Notes under the pieces: generated by a model
Told to the model about the DNA's origin: nothing
The model's database searches: none
Seen by the model: only the letters and a program-made list of their open reading frames with translations
Shown here: piece after piece, positions 44,840 to 62,185 of the stretch
How the letters are laid out: every line of letters begins with the position of its first letter
Numbering within the stretch: the stretch's first letter is position 1
Made by a program: the position numbers and the translations under genes
Assembly (NCBI GenBank): GCA_964016885.1
Contig: OZ024741.1
Location: 257,486,001-257,550,000 of the forward strand
Direction of reading: 5' to 3'
Source of the DNA: Eledone cirrhosa
Taxonomy: Eukaryota
DNA: 64,000 bases

Positions 44840-45330
44840 TTGATAAAACTATATTACTAATGTATTTATATAACCGATATATTTCTATATGTGACATATC
44901 TATATAACTGATATGATGGATATTACTATATAATTGATATAGTTGAAATAACTGATATAACTGAATAACTGATTTAACTGATATTTACATAACTGAAAGA
45001 ACTATAAAACTGATAAAACTATATTACTGAGATAACAGACATAACTATTTAGCTGAGAGGAGTTATAACTGAGATAACAGGTATAACTATTTACCTGATA
45101 TAACAGAACAAACTGTAAAACTGATATAAGAATAAAACTGATAAAACTATATAATTGATATAGCTGATTTAATTTAATAACACAGAAAAATGTATGACAT
45201 AACTATATAGCTTTAAAGTTGATATAAATATATAATTGATATAACAATGTAACTAATATATCAATATAAGTAGTATAACTGTATAACTAATAAAACAGAT
45301 TTAACTGATATAACTGTGTTATTGGTATAA
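44840..45330. repeat. Degenerate ~9-bp minisatellite (AACTGATAT-like)
   Basis: Repeated aactgatat/aactatat units. Confidence 0.7.
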
Positions 45331-46125
45331 AATTATTCAACTCGTAATTATGTATAATAAACATATATTTAGTCAGTCTGTTAGTCATATTATTAATGTC
45401 TGAAAAATGAGAGTCAAAGATTCTATAATAATTTGAACTTTCTGAAATTAACTGCTTTACTTAGGCACAGATTTGTAGCATTAAACAAGATCTTTTACTG
45501 CAACATTACCGTGTTTTTTGGTGTATAAGATTTTAAAAATCATAATGTTTAAAACAAAGAGAATCGAAGAATTTTCTTTTAAATAATTGGAAATGATTTA
45601 CAGCATGTGATTTTGGTTATTTTATTTAATTTATAAGCTAAGAGTTCATTTTAGGCAACGTTTTAACCCAATTTGTTAACTTATTAATATTTTGTGATTT
45701 TTAAGGAAGTAATCTGACAATTATTACAGTATCATACAAAGTTTAATCATACAAAGTTTAATTTATTTTAATATTTAATTAATACCAATATTGATAATGT
45801 TATTCTAAATCTATAACTATTTATATTAATACCTAATTTTCAAAAAAAGAATATATATACATATTTATATCATCATCATCATTTTATGTTCGCTTTTCCC
45901 TGCTTGTGTTTATACATGTGTGTATACATATTTGTATATAGCTATGCCTGAAGCTAAATCCTATTTCTATTATATATATATAGTTGTTATATAGTAAGGT
46001 GCATTATTGGTTGTGTAAATTGGTCCAATAAATTTATGTTAGCAATATTAAGTTCTCCACGCTTTTGTATATCTCCAATTCCATTCAAGGGAACAGTTAG
46101 ATGATATAAAACGGAGTGTAAATAG

Positions 46126-48801
<2,676 letters not shown>

Positions 48802-49858
48802 AATAATGGAGCTGCGGCGTAAGTAAGTCCTTCATCAGTGGCCCTCCAACTGTCCTAGGCATTTCATCTATATATATATATATTTATAATTGTATAGGAA
48901 CTAACTTATTGTGAGTGAAGATTTTCTTTTATTTCAATGTTTGAGTCTTGTATTTGGATTTTTGATATTTGGTGAAATTTTTATATAAAAAACGTCTTTT
49001 AAATATCGCGACAAATTTCCCCTAAATGATTTTTTCATCTAAAAAAATGGTCTATCAAATCCACTGAAACAACCAAAATATTATTTATTTTAATAGTGTT
49101 TCTTTATAATTTGTCACTTATTTAAAATAATTTGCTTAGAACCATTACAATTATTATACTTATACAAATATGTCTAACTGTAATATTATAGGTATTGTAA
49201 ATATTTGCAATATTGGGAAACAAGCAACATATTTAAGCAGAGCAGCCCATCGTTGCCCTGACAATTTTCACCATAGAATGCCCCATACTTCATCTTCCAT
49301 AACTTATTCCCCGTGAATCGCCAATCATCTCCAAGGTAGTTTCTATGGAAATCTACTCATTGGAGCTGTATGTTCGTGTCAATGGTGTGAGTGGTTTCAT
49401 GTAAACCTCGGATGATCTCCGTCAATACAACTCTATGACTCGTAGCTAAAAGAATACCCCCTGCTGATGGCATGGTTTGATGGAATGCCAGGTTGAAGGA
49501 ATGAATGACACAATAAAAGCCAGATTACTTACATTATCACAGTAAGACTGATTGATAATATTACTGTTTTTATTTTTGTTGTTGTTGTTTTATTCTTTTC
49601 AGAATTAAGAAACTCCATGTATCTAAAAAGATTTTCTTTGAGACACAGATTTGGAAAATAAAATACGTTCTTCTCTAGGGCACACAGTCTTGGAAGCTTT
49701 TGGCGACATACACACATACATATATACAAACATATATACATACACATATACACAGTCAGATATATAGTAGGTTAAACAGGGATATACCCATCACTCAATG
49801 TGTTTTTAATAGTCTTATACATTTTAGGCTTTATGTGTACAAAGAAATCAATATTTAC

Positions 49859-49946
49859 ATGGCAGTATAGTTTTATAGCGATTCTTTTGTGTATTTTCAG
49901 CTTTATTTGCTTCAGTACAAGGCAGTGGCAAGGTAGTTGGTAGTGA
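49859..49946 (-). CDS. RPTP D1 exon with KNRY motif (88 bp)
   Basis: ctttacag|SLPTTLPLPCTEANKAENTQKNRYKTILP(Y)|gtaaat; pTyr-recognition loop KNRY. Confidence 0.95.
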
Positions 49947-50029
49947 CTGTAAAGATATGAGAATGAGAGTCACATAGTTTCAACAATATTATACCAACAT
50001 CACAAATATAGTAAATTAAACATAACTAA

Positions 50030-50390
50030 CAACAGTACTAACTATAGTTAATGGGAGTGTACTAATAAGTGATAAAGTACTAACTATAGTTAGTGATACA
50101 GTACTAAGATTATAACCAGTGACAGTACATAAACGAGTTAGTGCCACAGCACTAACAAAAATTAGTGACACATTATTAACCAAAGTTAGTGATACAGTAG
50201 TAGCTATAGTAACATTGTACTAACTATAATTATTAACAGATACTATTGATAGTTAAATACACAGTAAAACGAATAGTTAGTAATACAATATCAACAATAG
50301 TATTAGTGACACAATACTAACAATATATTTATTAATACATTAAATGGCACAGTACTAACACTCTAGGTGATGACACAGTAGTAAAATATT
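50030..50390. repeat. Degenerate ~24-bp minisatellite
   Basis: Repeated AGTACTAAC..AGTTAGTGA(C/T)AC units. Confidence 0.65.
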
Positions 50391-50395
50391 ACTAA

Positions 50396-51006
<611 letters not shown>

Positions 51007-51322
51007 TAAGACTATTAATCCTCATTAATATTATATTCTCATTTCTATATTAATAATGTATCAAATCTGTCATTTGATATTAACACTTTCATTAGTGATA
51101 AATTACTAATAGTATATTCTAGAACAGTATATACTAACACACAATACTATAGTAAATATTACATTTGTGAAAATATAGTTAGAAAACAGTTCACTATAGA
51201 ATTGATTCAATAAATTAAATTATCACACTTGTGTCTATATACTGGTGACAGTATTACTTATAAAGACGTTCACTGAGGATACAATAATACAGTAAAAATA
51301 TTCATTTAAGAGAACAACTCAC

Positions 51323-51462
51323 CAAGAATTCGTCATGAAAAGGTTCAATTTCCTGTTTTTTCTGACAAACAAACTGCTGTAGGTTTGAGTTAAAATTAGC
51401 AATGGCCAGGTTGACGTATATGCTATCGCCTTCATCCATCTGTGTCTCTTCGTAAAGATGTG
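51323..51462 (-). CDS. RPTP juxtamembrane/wedge exon (140 bp)
   Basis: atttaaag|...|gtgagt; HLYEETQMDEGDSIYVNLAIANFNSNLQQFVCQKKQEIEPFHDEFL; phase 1 to 0. Confidence 0.85.
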
Positions 51463-51529
51463 CTTTAAATAATAAGAATAATATATGTCGGCATTATAAA
51501 ATCAAAACTGCTGACAAGTGGTATAAGTC

Positions 51530-51900
51530 TCCCTCTGAGTCTGTAACTGGGGAATAAAATGTGCACATACAGGCCGAACCATCAAGATAAATAAACATGA
51601 TAGTATTATAAAAGAACAAAATAACAAGGCAGTTTATTGATTTATATGAGCATCTAATGTGATCACAATATTGCAGCAAAAGAGTTTAACAACTACAGAA
51701 AATATAAAGATTTGCACAGTGGCATTGAAAAAAGTGAGGTATCGTAAGGTGGTTACAATATCAGTGGGTGTCGGAGCACTAGAAATGATAAAACAAGGAA
51801 CAGAAATTTTGAGAATGATCCTTGGATTACCATTACTGCAGGAAGTACACAAATTGTTTTAACAGGCACAGCACATGTATTGAGAAAGGAATTAATGCTG
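51530..51900 (+). mobile_element. R4/Dong-type LINE restriction-like endonuclease remnant
   Basis: Broken frames read LID..DHNIAAKEF..KYKDL..KVVTISVGVGALEMI..LQEV.K.VLTGTAHVLRK, the typical RLE C-terminus. Confidence 0.65.
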
Positions 51901-52285
51901 TGAGGATTAATATATCCGTCTGAATAATATATTTTTGTAAATAAGCGAGCAGTGTGATATGATTGATTACCTTTCTGTTGTAATTATGATTATAAGCAGA
52001 TAATGTACACCTTTATAAAGCAAATAAAGTAACTGTGTAAAGTATGTGACGTGACCAACCTAAAATGTTTATTTTATATGGTGTATTTCTTTGCCTTAAG
52101 TGTTAGGAAGACACTCGACAGGAAATGGAAACAAAACAGAAGGGAGAGGAAAAACATAAATAATAATAATTGTTTCTACTTTTGGTACAGGGCCAGCAAT
52201 TACTCAGTGCATTACAGCTGGAAAATTTCAAGTCTTACAATACCAACCTGCAAACACAAATACAGTACAACACAGTTACACTGGA

Positions 52286-53070
52286 CCAGGAGGGACCGAA
52301 ATTCCTGTGTTATATCGATACGAGACCTGGGAATAGACATGAGCGACGATGTTTCTTTTTCCTCACACATCATGGAAGTGGCGACAATGTGCAGACGACT
52401 CGCTGGCTGGATCTTGAGGACTTTCCGGACAAGAGACCGAGAGACCATTTTGACACTATGGAGGACATTTGTCCTAAGCCGCCTGGACTATCGCTCTCAG
52501 CTGTGGTCACTCCATAGTGTCAAACTAACCACGGAGCTTGAGGCAATCCAGTGAAGCTACACCAAGAGGATTGCCACGATGAAGGAGATAAGCTACTGGG
52601 AGAGGCTAAAAGAACTGAACCTCTACTCCTTGGAACGAAGACGGGAGAGATACGCAGTGATCTACATATGGAAAATCCTGGAGGGACTAGCACCAAACTT
52701 TGGCATTGGGAGCTGGATCAACCCCCGAACAGGACGTCACTATGTGGTACCAAAGGTCCCGTCGTCCACATCTAGAATAAGGAGCAGATATTGCAATAGC
52801 CCGGGGTTCAAAGGCCATAAACTCTTCAACAAGCTGCCGAGGGATATGAGAGGTCTGCATGGTGTGGACGTGGATGTTTTCAAGAAACATCTCGACACCT
52901 TGCTATCCAGGATCCCGGATGAGCTCACAGCACAGCACGAGGGAAACCTAAGGGCAGCAGCAACCAACTCCCTCTTGCACCAGTGGACAACCAATACAGG
53001 CTGGAGATAAAATGTGTATCAACAATGGCGGTGCCCCAGCAAGGCCTCAGCCAGATGGCTGGAACAGGTA
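52286..53070 (+). mobile_element. CR1-group LINE 3' fragment
   Basis: RDLGIDMS..WILRTFRTRD..SRLDY..ELEAIQ..SYWERLKELNLYSLERRRER..FKKHLDTLL. Confidence 0.85.
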
Positions 53071-53340
53071 AAAGAATAAAAGAATATATAGGATCCACAT
53101 TAATCACGACACCAGTCCTTCCTCCTCGGAATGTTGTTTCCTCTGATGTTGTCTTGGTGGGTATCCTTCTCATTTACAAGGTGTATCTATGTAAATTCGT
53201 GATATTTGGGGAAATCATATAAAAAGAATAAAAGGTAACATAATATAGACTGTAATAAAATATCTATTTGTTTTTTGTAACTAGCATAGATACACGAAAA
53301 TGAATATAGAAATTGAAGAGATAGTAAACCATCAAATCAC

Positions 53341-53417
53341 CTCTATCTTCAATATGTCTTCTCTGTGATATTTCCAGTGTATTACCATCACCTTTTGGAG
53401 TTGATCGTCTTTTCTTG
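53341..53417 (-). CDS. RPTP juxtamembrane exon (77 bp)
   Basis: gtttcag|...|gtgatt; KKRRSTPKGDGNTLEISQRRHIEDR(A); phase 2 to 1, consistent with neighbours. Confidence 0.75.
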
Positions 53418-56400
53418 CTGAAACATCATGTAAATATTTCATTAACAATTAGTGTGTATAGAAATAACAATATACCATGTTGACTTTATCGCCTACACAT
53501 GCCACTCTAAAAATGGCGCCTTCCTTCTGTGCGAGAAGATATACTTTGTATGATTATGTGTTAAAAGGAGGAACTAGTGTGTAGCACAGATACTCTATGA
53601 TTATCAGATTAAGACCAAATTAAACATGGTATATAGTAATATTATAAAGTTACAGTTAGCATAAACATAATTATTAATATTTCTATAGCAACTGCTAATT
53701 TCATAATTAATAATTAAATTTGATATTAACAAAATAATTCACGAGTGAATAAAGAAAACGTCCTAATCTCATGGCCAGCCACGACTATGCCATGCTATAT
53801 ATATCTCATTAATAGTATTTGCGAGAGGATGTTCTCGTCAGGCAATCTTATTTCTCCATTTTTACATAATTGAACCATGCACCTAAGTAGAAATCATTAT
53901 TGTAACCAATATTCGTAAGTCTCATAAGGTATTTATTTTCACTCTTCTGAGACAAGTTTGTCTTTCATTATTCCAGAGTCGTTGATAGAATAAATAATAG
54001 ATTCGATTTCTCTATATCTATATCATACCACCAGTTTATATTATGGCGTTAATCCAAGAAACATTTATTATAAGTCATATTGCTTAAGAAATTATATACA
54101 GTGCTAGTGTAAATCAGTAACGGTATTAACAATTGTTTATCTTATATACTTAGATATCTGGATGATATATTTTAGGGTTCTTGATGAAGACTTAATCGCA
54201 TTAAATTGTATCATGTTTTTCGTTTTTAACCGGGTTTGTGTAACACAGTTATTGAGATAATAGCTCTAACATGATTATTAAGTTATCAAGAAGTACGAGG
54301 TAATTTTATTTACATGTCTTGTAGAGGGACTGAAGAAAGTTCTTCATGAGCGCGTGACCTGATACCAACTCCAGTCAAATTCCCCTGAATCACACTACTG
54401 ACATGGGAAAGAAAAGAAAACACATTGGATAACGTAGTCCACAAACAGCATAGTATTGGTCGGTATGCCTTTGATTATAGATTTATTCAGTTATGACTGA
54501 CATGAGTGAAAACAGCAGAAGGGTGATATTATTAGTAAAAACCAACTCCAGCAAATTATAGAGCTATGAAATCAGAAATTATCTTCAAATGGTTTTGAAC
54601 TGGGAGTAAGAAAGACGGGAAAATTCAATGATGTTTTATTTGGCTCCCTAATAATAGTAATAATAATAATTGTTTCTACTTTTGGTACAAGGCCAGCAAT
54701 TACCCAGTGCATTACTGGTACTTTATTTTATCGACCCCGTAAGGATGAAAGGCAAAGTTAACCTCGGCGGGATTTGAACTCAGAATAGCAAGGGCCGTAA
54801 CTCTATGCGTCAAAGCAAGACGTCCGACCCTCTACCGATACTGCCATGAATTTCATATTGTTTTGTGGTGAGAGAGGCGATAGTGCTCTGTATGTAATGA
54901 CATGCTGTATTTATTTCAGAACATTAAGTTCAGAATTCAAATCACAGTAAGTAGAACTTCGATTCTTCCGGTAAACTTAGTATAAGTACTGACTTAGATA
55001 TATTTACATTTCTTCTTCTTCTTTAGACCCGTAACTTATTGTAAAGTCTTGAGACTGCCGTCGTGACACAACAGACTTCATGAGAAGGAGAGATTGGTAG
55101 AGATGAAGTGAGAAAGAGTTATAGAGGATGTATTGGCCCCACTACTAGATTGATCGGATAGAATGCTTTACGGTATTTGTACCAGCTCTCTGAGTTCAAA
55201 TTTTGCTGAAGTCAACATTGTCTTCCATCCTTTTGAGGTCGATAATTAAAGTGCAAGTCGAATACTGGTGTCAATGCTTCTTCTATATCTCTTTCTCACT
55301 TCCTTTCCTTCACTCTTTGTCTCCATTTATGGAATAAATCGGCTGTTTTTAGATCATGAAGGGATGTGGGTGCTGCCAAGTTAAATGTCCAGGAAACGCC
55401 GAATGTCAATATGGCGCGTTTATGACTCTATCAGAAGTTGTGGTTAAATAAATACTTAAATGATGGCTGCAAACTCTGCTAAGAGTATTGCAATCGCTTG
55501 TCAGATTATGGAGTTTGGTGCACTTTTAGGCTACGGCCAGCCACACAAACCTGTAACATATCCTAAACAACCAATGCCTGTGCTTTGAAGGTTTTTTAAG
55601 TGGGGAAAGGCCTTGCACATCGACCAATCTCACTCTCTGAGCATTGAAAATACTACCCAAAAAGGAGAACTGGGCAACTTCATCAGATGCTTCCGAGGCC
55701 GCAGGTTTTTTTCAGAGTTTCCCTTTCCATGTATGTATGTACATTCATGATGGCTGTCCCCTCGTTATCGAGTATGGCCATTGCACGATATACCATTATT
55801 AATAATTATTAATTAATTCTATCGTGCAATGGCTGTGCGTGAAGATACTTTTTAAAGTGAGGAAAGACTGTGCACTGAACCAATCCCACTCCCTGAACGA
55901 CAGTAGCTATAACCCGAAAAGAAGAAAAGATCAACATCATTGGTAACTACTGAGCTGCAGGTTTTATATCGGAGTTATCCCAGTTTCCTGAGTTGCCTTC
56001 TCCTAGAAGAATGCCCTGACAAAGGCTAGGGATCCTTCACTCTCAGTGGTTTAACCGCGCGGTACATGTGTATATACATATTTACACACTTTGGGATGGC
56101 CGTTGACTCTTATGAGTTCTTCTGCTCTTTGTCAGGTTTTGTTTTTTGCCCTGCAGGGTGTCCAAAATCACCCTCCTCACCAAGTAAACTTGGTGGGGTT
56201 GCCGGTTTAGTCGACGACGAGCCGACCATGCGACAGGTTGTACTGGGTTACATTTTACCAGTAGCACTCAAGAGTGACCCGATATACATACATACATGAT
56301 GTACATACATACATACATACATACATACATACATACATACATACATACATACATACATACATACATACATACATACATACATGTGTTTATATATATAGTA

Positions 56401-56826
56401 TTGTATGAATTATTGATTCGAATTATTCCTATGTCTCAATGAACGCAGTATTTTGGAAACGTTAAGAATCATGAAGTCCCGGATTCGGCCCCACTGCACC
56501 ATATCATGAGTGAGTGCTTTTACCACTATGGTTTGGACTGTATCTGTAATTAAAAAAGGGCCAGCATTAACACACACTGTGTTGACTCTCGCTGTCAACT
56601 GTCTTAGGCGTACATGTATCTGTAGAGTAATCCGCCATTCAAACGTTAATTTGAAGAGTAGGTCATTCCATTGTCCGATAAACATGCTTACTCATCGCTG
56701 AAACCAACAGAGGTTCAAATACACTAAAGGATATAATCTTATTGAACTCTAAGCCTAAATATCATACTTGTTCAAATTCAATGATTAGTTAGAAAAAGTT
56801 ACGATGATACAACACAAATCACATAC

Positions 56827-56920
56827 CAGTAACAAACTGTTGCCACCACTCCTATGATTAGGCAGATAAACAGGCCGAGTAGAATTAACCCAATCATCAG
56901 GATATTATTGGAAGGTTTTT
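56827..56920 (-). CDS. Receptor protein tyrosine phosphatase, transmembrane exon (94 bp)
   Basis: ttctctttgaacag|...|gtatgt; encodes xKPSNNILMIGLILLGLFICLIIGVVATVCYC (hydrophobic span); ends in phase 2, matching the next exon, which starts with basic KKRR. Confidence 0.85.
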
Positions 56921-56949
56921 CTGTTCAAAGAGAAAATGTAAAATGTATT

Positions 56950-56993
<44 letters not shown>

Positions 56994-57123
56994 GTTATTA
57001 ACAAATGGAACTATTATACATATTTCAAGGATACCATGTTAAATTATGGTATGCTTTCATCAGACAAAATACAATATATACCAGTTTTATAAATAAATAT
57101 TGACATAAAACTGGTATATATTG

Positions 57124-57188
57124 TATTTTGTCTGATGAAAGCATACCATAATTTAACATGGTATCCTTGAAATATGTATAACAAAATA
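57124..57188 (+). ncRNA. Type I hammerhead ribozyme (minimal stem III)
   Basis: TATTTTGT CTGATGA AAGcATACCAT..ATGGTATcCTT GAAA TATGTA TA ACAAAATA; canonical core, 8-bp stem I. Confidence 0.85.
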
Positions 57189-57902
57189 GATATGGTTTTA
57201 TAAATATAGTTTCCATTTGTTAATATCGTATATTTACTCCAAATACTTGTCGAGTGCTTTATATCAGTTATAAAAATATTTGCTTGTTGTATCCCAACAA
57301 TTTAAATAGAACTTTTGCATATATATATATATATATATATATGAAAAGTGTAAGTTTCTACACAAAACGAAGTTTATAGAGAAAATTGAGGTTGGTAATG
57401 GCACATGGAATATATAAGAGACAGAATACTTTTTTGTGAAAAAACATATAATTTTATAAGGTAAGGAAAGAATAAAGGGTATAAAAAATGACCGGTTTCG
57501 ATGGGTCTGCAAAAGCCATCTTTTCAAATGTTGATTAATATTAAGAAAAATTAATAATAAGAAGAGTTAAAATTTGAGATTTGAAAATTCAAGTATAAAA
57601 TTCAGTGTGGGATTTCATAGTAGTTTTCATCTTGGTAACAGCAAGTTGACTGCTGTGTGCCTTTCTGGTAGTGAATGAGGAGTTATTTGTGGTGAGTGGT
57701 TTTTTTTTATTTTTTTTTTTTATAAAGGTCAGATTTAGCAATGGCCAGATGGCCAGCTGCTGGTCAGTGAGGGGTGGAAGCAATATACATACATATATCT
57801 CCCTGTGGTCGGTAGGAGAGGGGAGAGTGATAGAAAGGGATTTAGTGCACTTATACCTATATATACACACATACCCTCATCCACACACACATACATATAC
57901 AT

Positions 57903-57949
<47 letters not shown>

Positions 57950-58160
57950 AATATACACACACATACATACACACACACATACATATACATACACACATAC
58001 ACACACACATATACACATACACACACATATATACACACACACACACATATATATACATACACATACATACACACACACACACACATACATACACACACAC
58101 ACATATATACATACACACATACAAACACACACACACACACATATATACACATACACACAC

Positions 58161-58191
<31 letters not shown>

Positions 58192-58687
58192 TATATATAC
58201 ACATACGCATACATCCAGATACACACATACATACACACACACACAGTACATACACATACATACATCCACATGCACACACATACACACACACACACACACA
58301 TATACACATACATACACCCACACACATAGAGAAATGGCCTCCAAATATATATATATACATACATACACATATATTTTTTCCATAATATAAGAAGTTAGGA
58401 CAGTGAAATACAAGTCATTCTGATCACATTGAGTTCTTCATGTAGATTGGGCCCCGCAACCGACAGTGGTGAATTCTGTGTGCGCATATATATATATAGA
58501 TATATGTGTGTGCACGTGCAGGGTTTAACATGGATGTGTTGGTCACACAAAGGCATGGTCTGTCAACGAATAAACCTGATTCTACAGAATTGGTCTCTGG
58601 TCTTTAATATATATATATATATATGTCTTTAATATATATATGTATATATGTGGGAAAAAGCAACAATGGTTTTTGAATACATATATT

Positions 58688-58816
58688 TATTGGCTGACAA
58701 TTTGTTTCGGACACTAAACTATCAATATGTACGTTGAGGATATAAATACCGATCAAAAATCAATATCTGTACAGTGAAAATAAATAGGTGATTTAGTGCC
58801 CTCATTAGAGCCAATA
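58688..58816 (-). ncRNA. Hammerhead motif with large stem II insertion and G5A core change
   Basis: TATTGGCT CTAATGA gGGCACTAAAT...GTTTAGTGTCC GAAA CAAATTG TC AGCCAATA. Confidence 0.65.
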
Positions 58817-61238
58817 GAAAATATTAAAAGATATTAATTCAAAAACGAAATCATATGACCGAAGTGAAGATCGTACAGTAAAGGCAGTACTTGCCTTACT
58901 TATAATGCAGTGTATAGATGCACTGTTAAGACCTCTAATGACAATAACACTCACATTGGAGCTACTGCTAACCTTTTCAAGACTCGTTTTAATTCTCATA
59001 CACATTCATTTAGAAATAAATGAATGTGTATGAAAATTAAAACGAGTATTTGTATGAGAATTAGAAGCAGGATAAAACTAATTGTATCCCTCATGATATA
59101 ATATTTCAACAGAGGACTGTGGAATGATAGGATTGACTGGTATGAAAGCTCAACGTCGTTAAAATTAATGTGATGTAATAATTCTGGTAAAACAAATTAG
59201 GTAACATACGTAATATGCATAAAATCATGAAAGACCAATGGAAGAAACAAACAATATAATAAGAACAACATATAAACCATTGAATGTCTTTCCTTCTTAA
59301 GTGAGTTATGTTCATCAACATTGAACGACAATAACTCAATTACACACATACACACACACACGCATATATATAAAGCTGCTCACCAAAATACTACTATGTC
59401 AATACAGATGTATATATATATCTACTATTACACATGTCTACACATACAAAAATGAACACACACACACATATATATATACCCATACATACATACAAACATA
59501 CGTGCACACACATACACACACACACAACTATATACATACACACACATATATTTATATGTATATATACACATATATATACACACACACATAGATACAGATG
59601 CATACATACACACACACCACGTATATCTACGCACATATACCTACATATAAGTACACATACACATATATATATATACATAAACAAACATATATATACACAC
59701 ACACATGCACACACATACACACACACGTACATACACACACATACATATGCACTCTACCGTCTCTCTGAGTATAATGTGGGTACTGCAAACATTCAAAACA
59801 CAGGGTGCAAAATTGGGTGTAAAATGAGTAGAGTGAAATAAGGTAAAATAATATAAAGTAAAATAAAACATAAAAAGTACAATAAAATAAAATAAAATAG
59901 AATACAGTGAGGTAAAATAAAATACGGTATATGCAATGATGTGATGACACATTTTAAATAAATTACAGTATATGCAATGGTATGACGTCACATTCTATAT
60001 ATTTGTGTCGATCCCCTTGTTGGGGTCCGTACCTCCACGGGGCTCAAGTTAAACCTATCCGAGAATTCCAATGCAGAAAATGTGCAGTTTCGTTGATGCC
60101 TGCATTCCATGATGACCTCGGATTTTAGGTTAACTGCGTTACCCTTTAATCTTACTATCTCCATGGCTTCAGTCAGGCACAGTCTGCATCGCATTTCACC
60201 AGCGGATTATGCATCTACACTCTGAATAATACTCCAGTTGAGTTTGTATGTTGTGTCACTAGCTTTCAAGTCCCAGATTAAGTCCGCCAGTCTAGTGGGG
60301 TGCCACTTTGTCCAGTACTTGAAAGAATTCGTGTGGTTGTACATCCTCGACTTAAAGGTCATGGATGTTGCACCGATGTAGATGCTTTTTTGCGTGTCAA
60401 CCATACATTTATAGACAATGCCTTTCACTAGACAATTCCCCTGTAGTGGGCATTGCGTGCTAATGTGGCAGCTGCAAGTTCGTGTTTGATGTTGCTCATT
60501 ATTTACGTAGGGATGTTACGGTGCGCACCCCACCTCCTCCATGGCGATCTGCAGGCGCGGTGGACTCTATTTTCGTGGTCGGCTCACTGCGGGTCGATCG
60601 CCAGTGGGGTCCGTGCCGCAAGTGTTGGCCATGTCCCTAAGTGCTCTCCTGACATTCCAGAAATATCACTCATCTGTTGTTGGCGACGTTCGAAGTTTAT
60701 CATTTTCACTGAGCTAGTTTTGACTATATAGTTGCCCATGTTGGGAGCAGTGGAAAATGAGAACTTCACTGTATGGCGATCTAGCCTGTGGTATCTATGT
60801 GCCACCGGGAAACACTCGTCTAGTGCCCTAAAGAAAAGGCCGGGTATGTTGGTGCATTCGTGTTTCGAGTACGATGCATTGAACCACGCAATGTTTCCAG
60901 ATCTGGTCCTATTTTGTCGTCTGTTTGTAGTTGGTATAGGGTCAAGTTGTTTCCCGTGTTGTGCTTATCTGCTATTTGCACCTCCATGTTTTCACTATTC
61001 CTAGATCTACCGTATACATCCGATTTAGTGTTCACTTTCTAAATTATGCTGCGTAGAGTTAATGACCCCATAGTCATTCTCATTACAACTGTCTGATTGC
61101 GCTTTGTTAGTGATCCATGTGGTCTCCCTAGGTAGTTCCACATTTTGTGTTGTCCTTACTCTATCACTATCGTCATTTCTCCCATCACGCGGTGTGCTGG
61201 TGTGGATGTACTGTTTTCGTGTTCTATGTACCCTAGAA

Positions 61239-62185
61239 CAATGCTACTCAAATTGGTGGTCCGCGAACCGGTGCCGGTATGCGAGCCATCAGCTACCGGT
61301 ACGCGGCCAGTGTCCAGGCCATGCTAAGGAATCATTTGAGGAATTTATCTTATTACTTTTTTATATGTTTTGATATTGTATTATTTGTTTACAAAATAAA
61401 TAGAAGATAAAAAAATGGTCAACTATTATTATATTCATTACTAGCAGATTTACCCGGCGTTGCTCGGGAAATGAATGACAGCCTGTTTGTCCGTATAAAG
61501 AGAGCCAAAGGTTGAGCAAAGAATTTAAATGTAATTGTAAAAAAAAGTTTAACAAAATGGGTGTACAGTGACATGATTGAGTGAAATAAACGGCAACATA
61601 AAAACAATTCATGGGGTAGCTTGAGTTAATTGACGTGAATGATTTCAGGTCCGGTCTTGCTGTAGTAGGTATGAGTAAGGGGATAAAGATGGAATAGACG
61701 CACCGTATGTCCTTCAGTAGACTAAACCCTATGCGTAAGATGGCACTGCCACTACCACGTTGACCATCCACTGGACATAGAAATATCATTCCTTGAAGCA
61801 AATTGGCCTAGTACTTCAAAAGTTAAAAGGAGCCTAGTATTTGTACACAGACAGATACACACACAAAATCGATTTTTCGGCCCCAATATCGATTTTCTTC
61901 AAATTTATTTTTGGTCCAAAACCTGCTCTGGCATATAAGCAATACGTGTGCCAAATTTGGTTGAAATCGGCCCAGTACTTCAAAAGTTAAAAGGAGCCTA
62001 GTATTTGTACACAGATAGACACACAGACAGACAGATACACACACACACACAGACCGACTTGCTTTTATATATATAGATATATATCGTTTCCGTTATAAAT
62101 TAATATTACTACGAAATATTAGCCGAACGTGGCACATTGAAAAAAAAATGCCGGTCCGCCACATCAGATAGTTTGAGAAGCACTG
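61239..62185. mobile_element. hAT (Charlie-like) MITE
   Basis: TIRs CAATGCTACTCAAA / TTTGAGAAGCACTG; 8-bp TSD CCCTAGAA/CCCTAGAG. Confidence 0.85.
61441..62077 (-). mobile_element. Non-autonomous Helitron-type element nested in the MITE
   Basis: Reverse strand A|TCTATATATA ... CCCGAGCAACGCCGGG hairpin ... CTAG|T. Confidence 0.78.

Noticed and set aside
49531-49622. Candidate exon with ttttag..gtaagt near the KNRY exon
   Set aside because: The frame required by neighbouring exons contains a stop, and D1 is complete without it
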